Of a DNA stretch of 64,000 nucleotides, positions 20,926 through 30,384 are shown piece by piece (positions within the stretch are counted from its first letter, which is position 1; each line of letters starts with the position of its first letter). This DNA is from an uncultured Actinomycetes bacterium. GTDB taxonomy: Bacteria; Actinomycetota; Thermoleophilia; Gaiellales; Gaiellaceae. Location of the stretch: NCBI GenBank assembly GCA_963796405.1, contig CAWCLL010000002.1:32510-96509 (forward strand), in the 5' to 3' direction. Below the pieces are notes generated by a model. The model was not told where the DNA came from. It worked only from the letters and a program-made list of their open reading frames with translations, and made no database searches. The translations under genes were made by a program, and so were the position numbers.

Positions 20926-21826
20926 CGACTCGGTCTCACGCACTCGCGCTAACCGTTCTCGGGGTAGCCCTCGCGCTCGTCGTGCTGGCGATCGTGATCG
21001 CGCCGTCGGCGTCCGGACAGCCCCGCGCCCGAGTCGTGCTCGTCACGGGGTTCTGCGACTCGGGGAACCTCATCTGCCGACCGTTCACGAGAGCCGTGCG
21101 CCGCTCCGGAGTCGGTGGCCGAATCGTCTCGCCCGACTCTCGCGAGGACCCTGATGCAACGCTGTCGTTGCTCGCCCGGCAGGGCTATGAGCCATCGCCG
21201 TGGACCCGTTCTGGGGCGAGACGCTCGCGCGCGTCGCGCCGAAGTTCCCGAAGCAGCGATTCGCGATCGTCGACGTCCCGCTCTCCTATCTCGGTCGTCC
21301 CCGGAACGTCCAGTCGATCATCGCCGGGTGCACGAGGCGTCCTATCTCGCAGGCTGGCTTGCCACGCGGATGGAACAGCGCCGACCGGGTCGGGACGTCG
21401 TCGGCGTCGTCGGCGGCGCGAGGGTTCCGCCTGTCGAAGACTCGTCGTCGGCTTCCGGGCCGGTGCCCGGGCGGCTTCGCCAAAGGTGCGCGTCCTCACG
21501 GGCTACGCGAACGACTTCGGGACCCGACGAGGTGCGAGGCAATCGCGCGCCGTCAGACGCACGCGGTGCGGGCGTCGTCCTCCACGTGGCGAATCGCTGC
21601 GGCTTGGGAGCGCTTCGGGCGGCGAAGCGCGCCGGCGTGTGGGGGATCGGCGTCGACTCGGACCAGTCCTCCCTCGGGCCGCACATCCTCACGAGCGTCG
21701 TGAAGAAGTACGACGCCGTCATGCTGACGCTGCTCCGGCAGGTGCGCGACGGCCGAATCCGTGCGGGCGTCACGACCGAGGTGTCGCTCCGCGGCAACGG
21801 CGCGGGCCTCGGTCGCATCAGTCCTG
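20922..21826 (+). pseudogene. BMP-family lipoprotein, copy C (signal peptide present, frame-broken, 3' end replaced by argH sequence)
   Basis: MTTRSHALALTVLGVALALVVLA...; HEASYLAGWLATRMEQRRPGRDVVGVVGG...VWGIGVDSDQSSLGPHILTSVVKKYD in ORF 21115..21942. Confidence 0.7.
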
Positions 21827-22530
21827 GCCGAGCTCGGGCGGGAAGGCGGGAACGGTGCTCGGGAGGCTCACGGGCCTGCTGGCGGACGCTGAAGCGACGG
21901 CTGCCGAAGGCGGCAGCGACCCGCTCGCGTGCGCGACCGTGACGGCTGCAGGAGCTCGTCCACAAGGGTACGCCGGACCGCGACGTCCAGGAGGAGGCGC
22001 GCGAAGGTCCAGGAGGAGGTCCAAGACCCGTCTTCGCCACCCGCCGCGACGTGCGGCTCGCTCTGCGTGCGCTGGGCGTGCTCGTGAGCGGGCTCGCGGT
22101 CGACCGCGACCGGCTCGCGAAGGCGGCGGCCGACCCGCTGCTCTTCGCGACCGACGCGGCCGAGGCGCTCGTCCGCAAGGGAACGCCGTTCCGCGACGCC
22201 CACGAGGAGGTCGCGGCGAAGGTCCGGGACGGAGCCTTCCGGAAGCCGCGTACGCCGCGTGAGTGCGGCCGGGCTGGTCGAGGCTCGCCGGTCGATCGCG
22301 ACCGGCTCGCGAAGGCGGCAGCCGACCCGCTGCTCTTCGCGACCGATGCGGCCGAGGCGCTCGTCCGCAAGGGAACGCCGTTCCGCGACGCCCACGAGGA
22401 GGTCGCGGCGAAGGTCCGGGACGGAGCCTTCCGGAAGCCGCGGACCGCGGCGAAGCGCCCGACGCCGGGCCCGGGCGGCATCCACGAGGCGCTCGCGGAG
22501 GCGCGGCGCCGCTTCGCCGACAACCTCTGA
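21827..22530 (+). pseudogene. argH: Argininosuccinate lyase, 3' fragment (frame-broken, contains an internal tandem duplication)
   Basis: GKAGTVLGRLTGLLA resumes exactly where the 5' fragment stopped. Then DRDVQEE...LAVDRDRLAKAAADPLLFATDAAEALVRKGTPFRDAHEEVAAKV. Confidence 0.85.
22099..22442 (+). repeat. Direct tandem duplication, 152-bp copies with a 192-bp period, inside the argH 3' fragment
   Basis: 22099-22250 and 22291-22442 are near-identical; I see 3 mismatches. The peptide VDRDRLAKAAADPLLFATDAAEALVRKGTPFRDAHEEVAAKVRDGAFRKP appears twice in ORF 22051..22530. Confidence 0.9.
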
Positions 22531-22552
22531 CGCCGCGTCACCTCGGCGCCCT

Positions 22553-22578
22553 GCGGCCGCGCGAAGCCGGCCGCCTTT
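22553..22578 (+). terminator. Possible terminator hairpin after argH
   Basis: GCGGCCG-N7-CGGCCGC followed by CTTT. Confidence 0.3.
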
Positions 22579-22590
22579 AGGTCCTTTGCT

Positions 22591-23727
22591 CTACCGCGCG
22601 ACCGGATCCGCACAGATGAGCAGCGCGTCCCGCACGCGGCGCTGGAAGTCGGCGATGAGCTGCTCGCTCTCGGCCATCAGCCGGCCCTGCGGCACCAGCC
22701 CCGAGTCGAGCCCGCGCTGCACCGACTCGACGAGCGCCGTGTCCTCCTCGGCGACCTGCGCGTCCCAGGCCATGAGCTCCTCGATCTCCGCAGCCGGCGC
22801 GCCGGGCTCGAAGAAGTAGTCGGTGACCTCGATCGTCCGCGCGGGGCCGTCGGGGAGCCACCGCTCGAGCGCGATGTTCGGGAGCCCGGGCGCGATGTTG
22901 ACCGTCGTCGCGGGGAAGAGGAAGTGGTACTGCGCCTGCGAGACGTCGGCGCGCGGCGTGTACGCCGCCTTCCCGTTGCCGGAGAGCGCCGATGCGCGCA
23001 CCGGCCCGACCTGGCTCGAGAACGTCGGGTGCACGCGCAGCCGGTACGAGTCCGGGCTCACGTCGACGACCTTGCTGAAGCCGGGGTGCGCGGTCGGGCA
23101 GTGGTAGCACTCGAGGAAGTTCTCGATCGCGACCTTCCAGTTCGACGCGACCGGCCACTCGTGGTGCGAGTGGAAGCGAAGCGCGTCGAGGTCGAGGCCG
23201 CTCTCGGCAACGAGCGCCGGCAGCTCGCCGAGCGTCTCCTCGAGCGGCTCGGCCGCGGGGTCGGGATTGGCGAAGACGAAGGGGCCCCAGACGCCCACCG
23301 AGACCGGGAGCAGCGAGAGGCCCGCTCGGGTCGAAGCCGGGCTCGCGCTCGGCGCGCGGCGCGCGGCGGAGCGACCCGTCGAGGTCGTACGTCCAGGCGT
23401 GGTACGGGCACTGGAGCGTCTCGCGGCAGCCCGGTGCCGTCGACGACGAGGTGGCCGCGATGGCGGCAGACGTTGACGAACCCGCGCAGCGTCCCGTCCT
23501 GGCCGCGGACGATCGCGACGGGCACGTGCCCGATCTGCGACGCGAAGAAGCTCCCGGGCTCGGAGACCCATTCCGCCGGCCCGGCGTACGTCCACGCCCG
23601 CGCGAACACCTGCTCCCGCTCGAGCGCGTACACGCCCGGGTCCGAGTACCAGCTCGCGGGAAGCGTCCAGCCCTCCTCGAGGGGCCGCTCGGGGGCGTCG
23701 ACCGCTGTGCGCCTTGATTCCTGACAC
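22591..23727 (-). pseudogene. Rieske [2Fe-2S] oxygenase alpha subunit (GbcA/Stc2-like N-compound monooxygenase family), frame broken at least twice
   Basis: CRHRGHLV in ORF 23058..23633. CPYHAWTYDLDG and the catalytic domain (NFLECYHCPTAHPGF) lie in the frame of ORF 22591..23727. Confidence 0.75.
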
Positions 23728-23736
23728 TACTGTCAG
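23721..23736. promoter_or_regulatory. Candidate TetR operator palindrome
   Basis: CTGACA-ctac-TGTCAG lies in the very short divergent spacer between the Rieske gene and the TetR gene. Confidence 0.35.
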
Positions 23737-23841
23737 TCAGGATACTCGGGCTCCCCCGAAAGGAACAACCTGCCGCCGCCCGAAGCCCCGACTCGCTCGA
23801 CCTCCAACCGCGTCGACGACATCCTCCGCGCAGCCTGCCGC

Positions 23842-24366
23842 GTGGTCGTGACGCAGGGCGCGCACGCGCTCCGCATCGGGAACGTCGCGCTCGAGGCCGG
23901 CGTGTCGCGCACGCTCGTCCACTACTACTTCACGACGCGGCAGGAGCTGCTGCGGGCGACCTTCGCGTACTCCGAGGACCGGCGCGTCGAGGCGCTCGAG
24001 GCGGAGCTCGCCGGGCTCGCGACCGGGCTCGAGCGCGCCGAGCGGGCGCTCGACCGGACGCTCGATCCCGCGCTCGAGGAGGTGCCCGCGCTCTGGAACG
24101 AGGTCTGGTCGAGCGTGCGGGACGACGACGACCTGCGGCCGCTCGTCCAGCAGGCCTATCGCGCGTGGGCCGAGCGCATCGTCGAGCTGCTCGAAGAGGG
24201 ACGCGCCGACGGCTCCGTGCCGCGCGCGGTCGATCCCGAGGCGGCCGGCTGGAGGCTCGCCGCCGCCGCCGACGGGCTCGACTCGATCCAGTACCTCGGC
24301 CTGCTCGACCGCGAAGCCGCGCTCGGGCTCCTCCGGTCGTGCGTCGACCGGGAGCTCAGCCCGTGA
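23842..24366 (+). CDS. TetR-family transcriptional regulator (true start probably upstream; the frame is open from 23725 but has no ATG/GTG/TTG)
   Basis: [29 protein letters not shown]. The upstream in-frame [13 protein letters not shown] also looks TetR-like. Confidence 0.8.
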   Translation: MVVTQGAHALRIGNVALEAGVSRTLVHYYFTTRQELLRATFAYSEDRRVEALEAELAGLATGLERAERALDRTLDPALEEVPALWNEVWSSVRDDDDLRPLVQQAYRAWAERIVELLEEGRADGSVPRAVDPEAAGWRLAAAADGLDSIQYLGLLDREAALGLLRSCVDRELSP

Positions 24367-25447
24367 ACGAGCGCTCGCAGGCCGTGACGCTCGACCGCCT
24401 CACCAAGCGCTTCGACGACGTCGCAGCCGTGGACGACGTCTCGCTCGAGGTGCGGAGCGGCGAGTTCTTCTCGCTCCTCGGCCCGTCCGGGTGCGGCAAG
24501 ACGACGAGCCTGCGCATGATCGCGGGCTTCGAGCGGCCCGACGCGGGGCGCATCCTCATCGGCGACGCCGACGTGACCGAGACGCCGCCGCACCGGCGGC
24601 CGGTGAACACGGTCTTCCAGAGCTACGCGCTCTTCCCGCACCTGACCGTGGAGGAGAACGTCGCGTTCGGGCTCCGGTTCACGAGCGTGCCGAAGGACGA
24701 GGGCCGCCGGCGGGTCGGCGAGATCCTCGAGGTCGTCTCGCTCGGCGGCTTCGAGCGGCGCCGTCCGCACCAGCTCTCGGGCGGACAGCAGCAGCGGGTG
24801 GCGCTCGCGCGGGCGCTCGTCCTCTCACCCTCGGTGCTCCTCCTCGACGAGCCGCTCGGGGCGCTCGACGCGAAGCTCCGGCGCGGCCTGCAGGTCGAGC
24901 TCAAGGGCCTCCAGCGCGACGTCGGGATCACCTTCCTGTACGTGACGCACGACCAGGAGGAGGCGCTGACCATGTCCGACCGGCTCGCGGTCATGCACGG
25001 CGGCCGGATCCAGCAGCTCGGGACGGCGCGCGAGGTCTACGAGGAGCCCGCGACCGCGTTCGTCGCGGACTTCCTCGGGGTCTCGAACCTCATGACCGGC
25101 ACGGCCGACGGCGCGGGGACGGTGACCGTCGACGGCGTCGCCGCTCGAGGCCCGCGCCGGGGACACGCGCGCCGCCGGCGAGGTGCGGGTCACGATCCGC
25201 CCCGAGCGCGTGGAGCTCGAGGCGGACGGTGTCGGCGGGGCCGAGCCGCCTGCGCTGCACCGTGCGCGAGCTCGTCTACCTCGGCTCGACGACGCAGGTC
25301 TTCGTCCTCACCGAGAGCGGGGCGTCGCTCCAGGCGCTCCTCGCGAACACCGGGCAGCCGCTTCCGTACGCGCGCGGCGACTCGGTCGTCGCGCACCTGC
25401 CGCCGGACGCGCTGCGCGCGCTGCCGGCGGAGGGCTCGGCCTCGTGA
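24363..25447 (+). pseudogene. potA: Spermidine/putrescine ABC importer ATPase, two frame breaks near 25145 and 25245
   Basis: [24 protein letters not shown] and [11 protein letters not shown] in ORF 24165..27287. The TOBE-like C-terminus is split over ORFs 25183.. and 24491..25447. The GTG start overlaps the TetR stop. Confidence 0.85.
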
Positions 25448-26773
25448 CCGACGTCGTCGTGCTCGGAGCCGGTCTCGCCGGTCTCGCGGCCGCGCGCGAT
25501 CTCGCCGCGGGCGGCGCCGACGTGCTGGTGCTCGAGGCACGCGAGCGGGTCGGCGGGCGCGTGGAGCAGGTCTCGGTGGACGGCGAGCGCCCGGTGCAGC
25601 TCGGCGGCGAGCTCGTCGGGCGCGCGCACACGGAGTACCTCGGCCTCGTCGAGGAGCTCGGGCTCACGCTGACGACGACGTACACCGCGGTCGAGGGCGC
25701 GACCACGTACGACCTCGTCGACGGCCTGCTCCGCTCCGAGGACGGGTTCCCGTTCGCGAGCGGGGAGGAGCGCGAGGACTTCGAGCGCGTCGAGCGGCTG
25801 TTCGGCGCGCTGGCCGCGACGGTCGACCCGGACGACCCGTGGTCGCATCCGGACGCGACCCGGCTGGACGACGCCTCCGTGGCGGGCTGGCTGCGCTCCG
25901 TGGACGCGCTGCCGTCGACCCTGCGGGCGATCGAGGCCGGTGCGCTCGCGCTCGCCGCGGGGTCGAGCGAGCGCACGTCGTTCCTGTCGGAGCTGCGCAA
26001 GGCCGCGGCCGTGGGCGACACGGGCTTCTACTCCTACGACCTCTGGGAGTCGCTCCAGGTCGCGGAGGGGAGCGCCGAGGTCGCGCTGCGCATGGGTGCG
26101 GAGCTCGGCGAGCGCGTTCGGCTCGGCGCGGTCGTCGCCGCGGTGGAGGTGAGCCCGCAGGGGTGTCGCGTCACGCTCGCGTCCGGCGAGGAGGTGCGCG
26201 CGGAGGCCGTCGTCTGCGCCCTCCCGGTCAGCGTCCTGCACGGGATCGACATCGAGGGCATCTCCGTCGCCCGGCTCGAGTCGCTGCGCGCGCAGCGCCA
26301 CGCACAGGCGGCCAAGGTGGTCACGACCTACGACCGTTCGGTCTGGGAGGACTTCGGCGCGAACGGGCTCTCCGAGGGCGAGCACCTGCTCACGTCGACG
26401 TGGCCGCAGCGGCCGGGAGTCCTCTCCGGGCTCGTCGCTCCGGAGCGGCTCGCCTGGCTCGTCGCGACGGCCGAGGAGGAGCGTGCGGAGGTGCTCCACG
26501 CACGAGCTCGCACGCATGTACGGGCCGGAGGCCGGAGTGCCGCAGCACACGTTCCTGCGGCTCTGGGGCGTCGACCCGTACACGCTCGGGTACGCGACGC
26601 ACTGGTGGCCGGGCGACGTCCTGCACGTCGGGCCGCTGCACGGGACGCACGACCCGCCGTTCTACGTCTGCGGCTCCGACCAGTGGGTCGCGGGCTACAT
26701 GGAGGGCGCGGTGCGGACCGGCCGCGCGGCCGCGCGCGCGGCGCTCGGACAGGAGTCGTGGGCGACCGTCTGA
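25444..26773 (+). pseudogene. Flavin-containing amine oxidase 1 (one frame break near 26490)
   Basis: [28 protein letters not shown] in ORF 25183..27018. The C-terminus [21 protein letters not shown] is in ORF 26483..26773. The GTG start overlaps the potA stop. Confidence 0.8.
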
Positions 26774-28157
26774 TCGAGGCGGACGTCGCCGTCGTCGGTG
26801 CCGGGCGCTGCTGGGCTCGCGGCGGCGTCGCGCCTCGTCGCCGAGGGTCGCGAGGTCGTCGTCCTCGAAGCGCGCGACCGCGTCGGCGGCCGGCTCTGGA
26901 ACACCGAGATCGGCGGCGAGGCGAACGAGCTCGGCGGCGAGTGGGTCGCGCCGTACCACGCGCGGCTGCACGAGCTCCTGTCCGAGCTCGGGATCGAGCT
27001 CTTTCCCGCCTACCGTGACGGCGACGACGTGTACGTCGACGAGGCGGGCCGCGCGCACCGGCACGCGGGCGGTGAGAGCGGGCTCTCGTACGCGTCCGAG
27101 CGCGCGCTCGAGGAGGCCGACGCGAAGCTCGACGCGCTCGCGAAGGAGCTCGACCCGGAGGCGCCGTGGGAGCACCCTCGCGCGCGCGAGCTCGACACGA
27201 TCACGTTCGACGAGTGGCTGCGCGCGGAGGTCCGCGACGAGGAGGCGCGCGAGAACCTCGCGTCCTATCTCGCGGACGGCTTCATGACGAAGCCCGCGCA
27301 CGCGTTCTCGCTGCTCCAGGGGCTGTGGGCGATCGCGGGAGCGGGCGGAACGTACGAGCTGTTCGCGGCGGAGCAGTGCCTCGCGTACCGCGTCGTCGGC
27401 GGGTCGCAGCTCATTCCGCTGAAGCTCGCGGAGCGGCTCGGGGAGCGCGTGCGTGCTCGAGGCGCCGGTGCGCGCGATTCGCCGGTCGGGCGAGGGCGTC
27501 GAGATCGACGCGGACTCCGTCACGGTGCGCGCTCGTGCCGCGATCGTCGCGATCCCGCCGAACCTCACCGGCGCGATCACGTTCGAGCCGGCGCTCCCGG
27601 CGTGGCGAATGCGGCTCCAGCAGGCGATCTCGCAGGGGAGCGTGACGAAGTACCTCGCGGTCTACGAGGAGCCGTTCTGGCGCGCGGACGGGCTCTCCGG
27701 CGAGGGCTTCGCGCCGTACCAGCTCGTCCGCGAGCTGTACGACAACTCGCCGCCCTCGGGCGCGGTCGGCGTCCTGTGCACGTTCCTTCCCGGCGAGCAG
27801 GCGGACGAGGTCGCGCGGCTGAGCGACGGCACGCGGCGCGCGGCCGTCCTCGACGGCATGGCGAGCTTCGTCGGGCACCGCGCGCTCGAGGCGACGGATT
27901 TCATCGAGACGGACTGGACCGCGGAGGAGTGGACGCGCGGCGCCTACGCCGCGACCTTCGGCATCGGCGGCCTCACCCGCTTCGGCCCCGACCTGCGCCG
28001 CCCCGTCGGCCCGATCCACTGGGCGTGCTCCGACATCGCCGGCCGCGGGCACATGCACGTGGAGGGCGCCGTCCGTGCTCGAGCTAGTCGCCGGCGGAGG
28101 CGGCTCTCGGCGCAGAAGCCGGCGTCGCGGAAGCTCGCGGCCGCGCTGCGGTTCTGA
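26758..28157 (+). pseudogene. Putrescine-oxidase-like flavin amine oxidase 2 (frame breaks near 26805 and 27450)
   Basis: [29 protein letters not shown]...[12 protein letters not shown]...YEEPFWRADGLSG...WTRGAYAATFGIGGL...PIHWACSDIA. By recall this closely resembles Rhodococcus PuO-type enzymes. Confidence 0.8.
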
Positions 28158-28179
28158 CGGGGAAGCGGCGGTGACCCTC

Positions 28180-29450
28180 GGAGCTAAGGGCAAGGGGATG
28201 GTGGCAGGCGACCTAGTAAACACCGCGTAACGGATACAGGCGCTGGCGGAGCTCGGGACCGTGCTCGTCGGAGAGACGACGCGCAGGGCGTCGGAGGCCT
28301 CGATCGGTTAGCGAGGCAGGCCGCCACGAGTTGAAGGGGCAGGGCGAGCCAGTGACGGTGTGGCAGGCGCTCGAGTCGACTGCGGGACGCGGGGGAGGCC
28401 TCAAGTCGGACACGCTCGAGCCACCGTTCGTCGGCCGCGAGCGACGAGCTCCGTCTCGCTGAAGGAGCTCTTCCATGCGAGCGCGGAGCGAGCACAAGGC
28501 GCACCTCGTCTCGATCGTCGGCATCGCGGGCATCGGGAAGTAGCGCCTTGCCTGGGAGTTCCAGAAGTAACTCGACGGGGTAGGCGCAAAAGACTCACTG
28601 GCATCGAGGGACGGTGACTCGCGTACGGAGAGGGCGTAGCGTTCTGGGCGCTGGCAGAGATGGTGAGGAATGCGGGCAGAGATCGCGGAGGGCGAGGAGG
28701 CCGAGATCTCGCCCGGGCGAAGCTCGGGCCACGCTCGAGCGCTACGTCGACGACGTCGGACGAGCGAGACGTGGATCGAGCCGAGGCTCGCGCAGCTGCT
28801 CGCGCTCGACGGAGGCGATGCGGGAACGAGCATCGGACCTCTTCGCGGGCTGGCGGCTACTTCTTCGAACGACTCGCATAGCACGATCTCGTCGTCCTCG
28901 TGTTCGAGGACATGCAGTGGGCGGACGCGCAGTTGCTCGAGTTCCTCGAGTACCTGCTCGACTGGGCGCGCAGTCACGCGCTTTTCGTAGTCGCGCTCGC
29001 GCGGCCGGAGCTCGGCGACGCGGCATCCGCAGTGGGCGAGACGGAACGCGGAACGCGACGACGCTCTCGCTCGAGCCGCTCCCGGCAGACGCAGGAGCGT
29101 AGAGGTCGTGAACGCCGGTGTACGGTTTGAGAGCCCTCGCGAGAAGTTTTGGGCGGTGAGCGCCGCCGCCGACTTCACTGGGAGCTGATGTACTTAGCCG
29201 ATGGCGATATAAGATAGAGGTTGGTGAGGTCAGGGAGATCTAGAGGAGGTCCGGACGGATGAGCGTCCAGGTGGGTAGGTCGGAACGAATATACAGGATC
29301 GTGGACGCACGATCGAGGCTGTTCCGCAGACGGACCAAGTGTGTTTCGCTACGGCTGGAGGCGATCGGGAGCGTAAGGGGTTTGCGGACGCGGGCCCGTT
29401 ACTAGAACGGCTCGGACGCGTCGGAGCTGAAGGTGCGAGTCGCCGCTGAG
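28180..29450 (+). pseudogene. Decayed relic of an adenylate/guanylate cyclase + STAND/AAA ATPase regulator
   Basis: GDLVNTA*RIQALAE (TAA at 28228), PPFVGRER, HLVSIVGIAGIGK*RLAWEFQK*LDG (TAG at 28541, TAA at 28568) and VLVFEDMQWADAQLLEFLEYLLDWARSHALFVVALARPEL. There are multiple frame changes. The tail from 29100 to 29450 is visibly more AT-rich. Confidence 0.75.
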
Positions 29451-29454
29451 CAGG

Positions 29455-30384
29455 CTAGCGACCCGCTTCCGCGAACTCCTCGACTCCGCTCCCCGTCTGG
29501 CCGCGCGTCGCGCGCACGGCTCGCCAGACGAGGAAGAGCACGAGCGCGATCACGATCGTGATCGCCAGCGTCAGCGTCGCGAGCGCGTTCAGCGCCGGCG
29601 TCGGCGCGGTGCGGCCGGTCGAGTAGATCCGCACGGGAACGGTGTCCGTGTTCGTCCCCGACGAGAGGAACTGGCTGATCACGAAGTCGTCCATCGAGAT
29701 CGCGAAGACGACGATCGCGCTCGCGACGATCGCCGGGACGAGCAGCGGCAGCAGCGCGAGCCGCACCGCCTGCAGTGCGGACGCGCCGAGGTCACGCGCG
29801 GCCTCCTCGTACTCGGGCCCGATCGATAACAGCCGCCCCCGCACGATGATGAGGACGAAGACGAGCGAGAACGTGATGTGCCCGATCGCCTGCGCCGGCG
29901 TGCCGAGCTCGACGAACTTCAGCAGGTGCGTGAAGACGAGGAGGAACGCGGTGCCCATGACGATCTCGGGCGTGACGAGGGTCGCGAGCGAGACTCCGCG
30001 AGCCGTGCCCGAGCCCCGTCCGCGCCAGCGCGTCAGCCCGATCGCGAGCGCGACCCCCAGCGGCACCGTGACGAGCACCGCGATCGCGGCCAGCCGCAGG
30101 CTCTGGAAGAGCGCCGCGCGCAGGTCGGGGTCGTTCCAGACGGAGAGATCGGGATCGTCGAAGTACCACCGCAGCGACCACCCCTGCGCAGTCGAGCGCG
30201 AGCGGCCCTCGTTGAACGAGAACCGGATCGCGATGAGGATCGGGACGATCGACCAGATCAGGTAGAGCACGGTGAAGAGGAGCAGGAAGCGCGGCTTGCC
30301 CCACGGGTTCGCCCACCACTCGCCGAAGCGGGTCCGCGTCCGTGCCCGAGGCACCGGCGGTGCGGCCTGCTCGAGCGTCGTCAT
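29455..30384 (-). CDS. potC: Spermidine/putrescine ABC permease
   Basis: Last 309 codons of ORF 29455..32547 (MTTLEQAAPP...), a polytopic protein with the EAA loop EYEEAARDLGAS. The ATG overlaps the potB stop as ATGA. Confidence 0.85.
   Translation of the reverse strand: MTTLEQAAPPVPRARTRTRFGEWWANPWGKPRFLLLFTVLYLIWSIVPILIAIRFSFNEGRSRSTAQGWSLRWYFDDPDLSVWNDPDLRAALFQSLRLAAIAVLVTVPLGVALAIGLTRWRGRGSGTARGVSLATLVTPEIVMGTAFLLVFTHLLKFVELGTPAQAIGHITFSLVFVLIIVRGRLLSIGPEYEEAARDLGASALQAVRLALLPLLVPAIVASAIVVFAISMDDFVISQFLSSGTNTDTVPVRIYSTGRTAPTPALNALATLTLAITIVIALVLFLVWRAVRATRGQTGSGVEEFAEAGR

Noticed and set aside
19333-21826. The insertion in argH as a transposon, integron cassette or prophage remnant.
   Set aside because: No transposase, integrase or recombinase ORF in any frame. 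No terminal inverted repeats and no attC-like structure. The content is a partial paralog array starting and ending inside genes.
22099-22442. The direct repeats as a possible CRISPR array or minisatellite.
   Set aside because: There are only two copies of 152 bp. They are coding (argH C-terminal domain) and in frame, and there are no cas genes or short repeat/spacer periodicity anywhere in the window.
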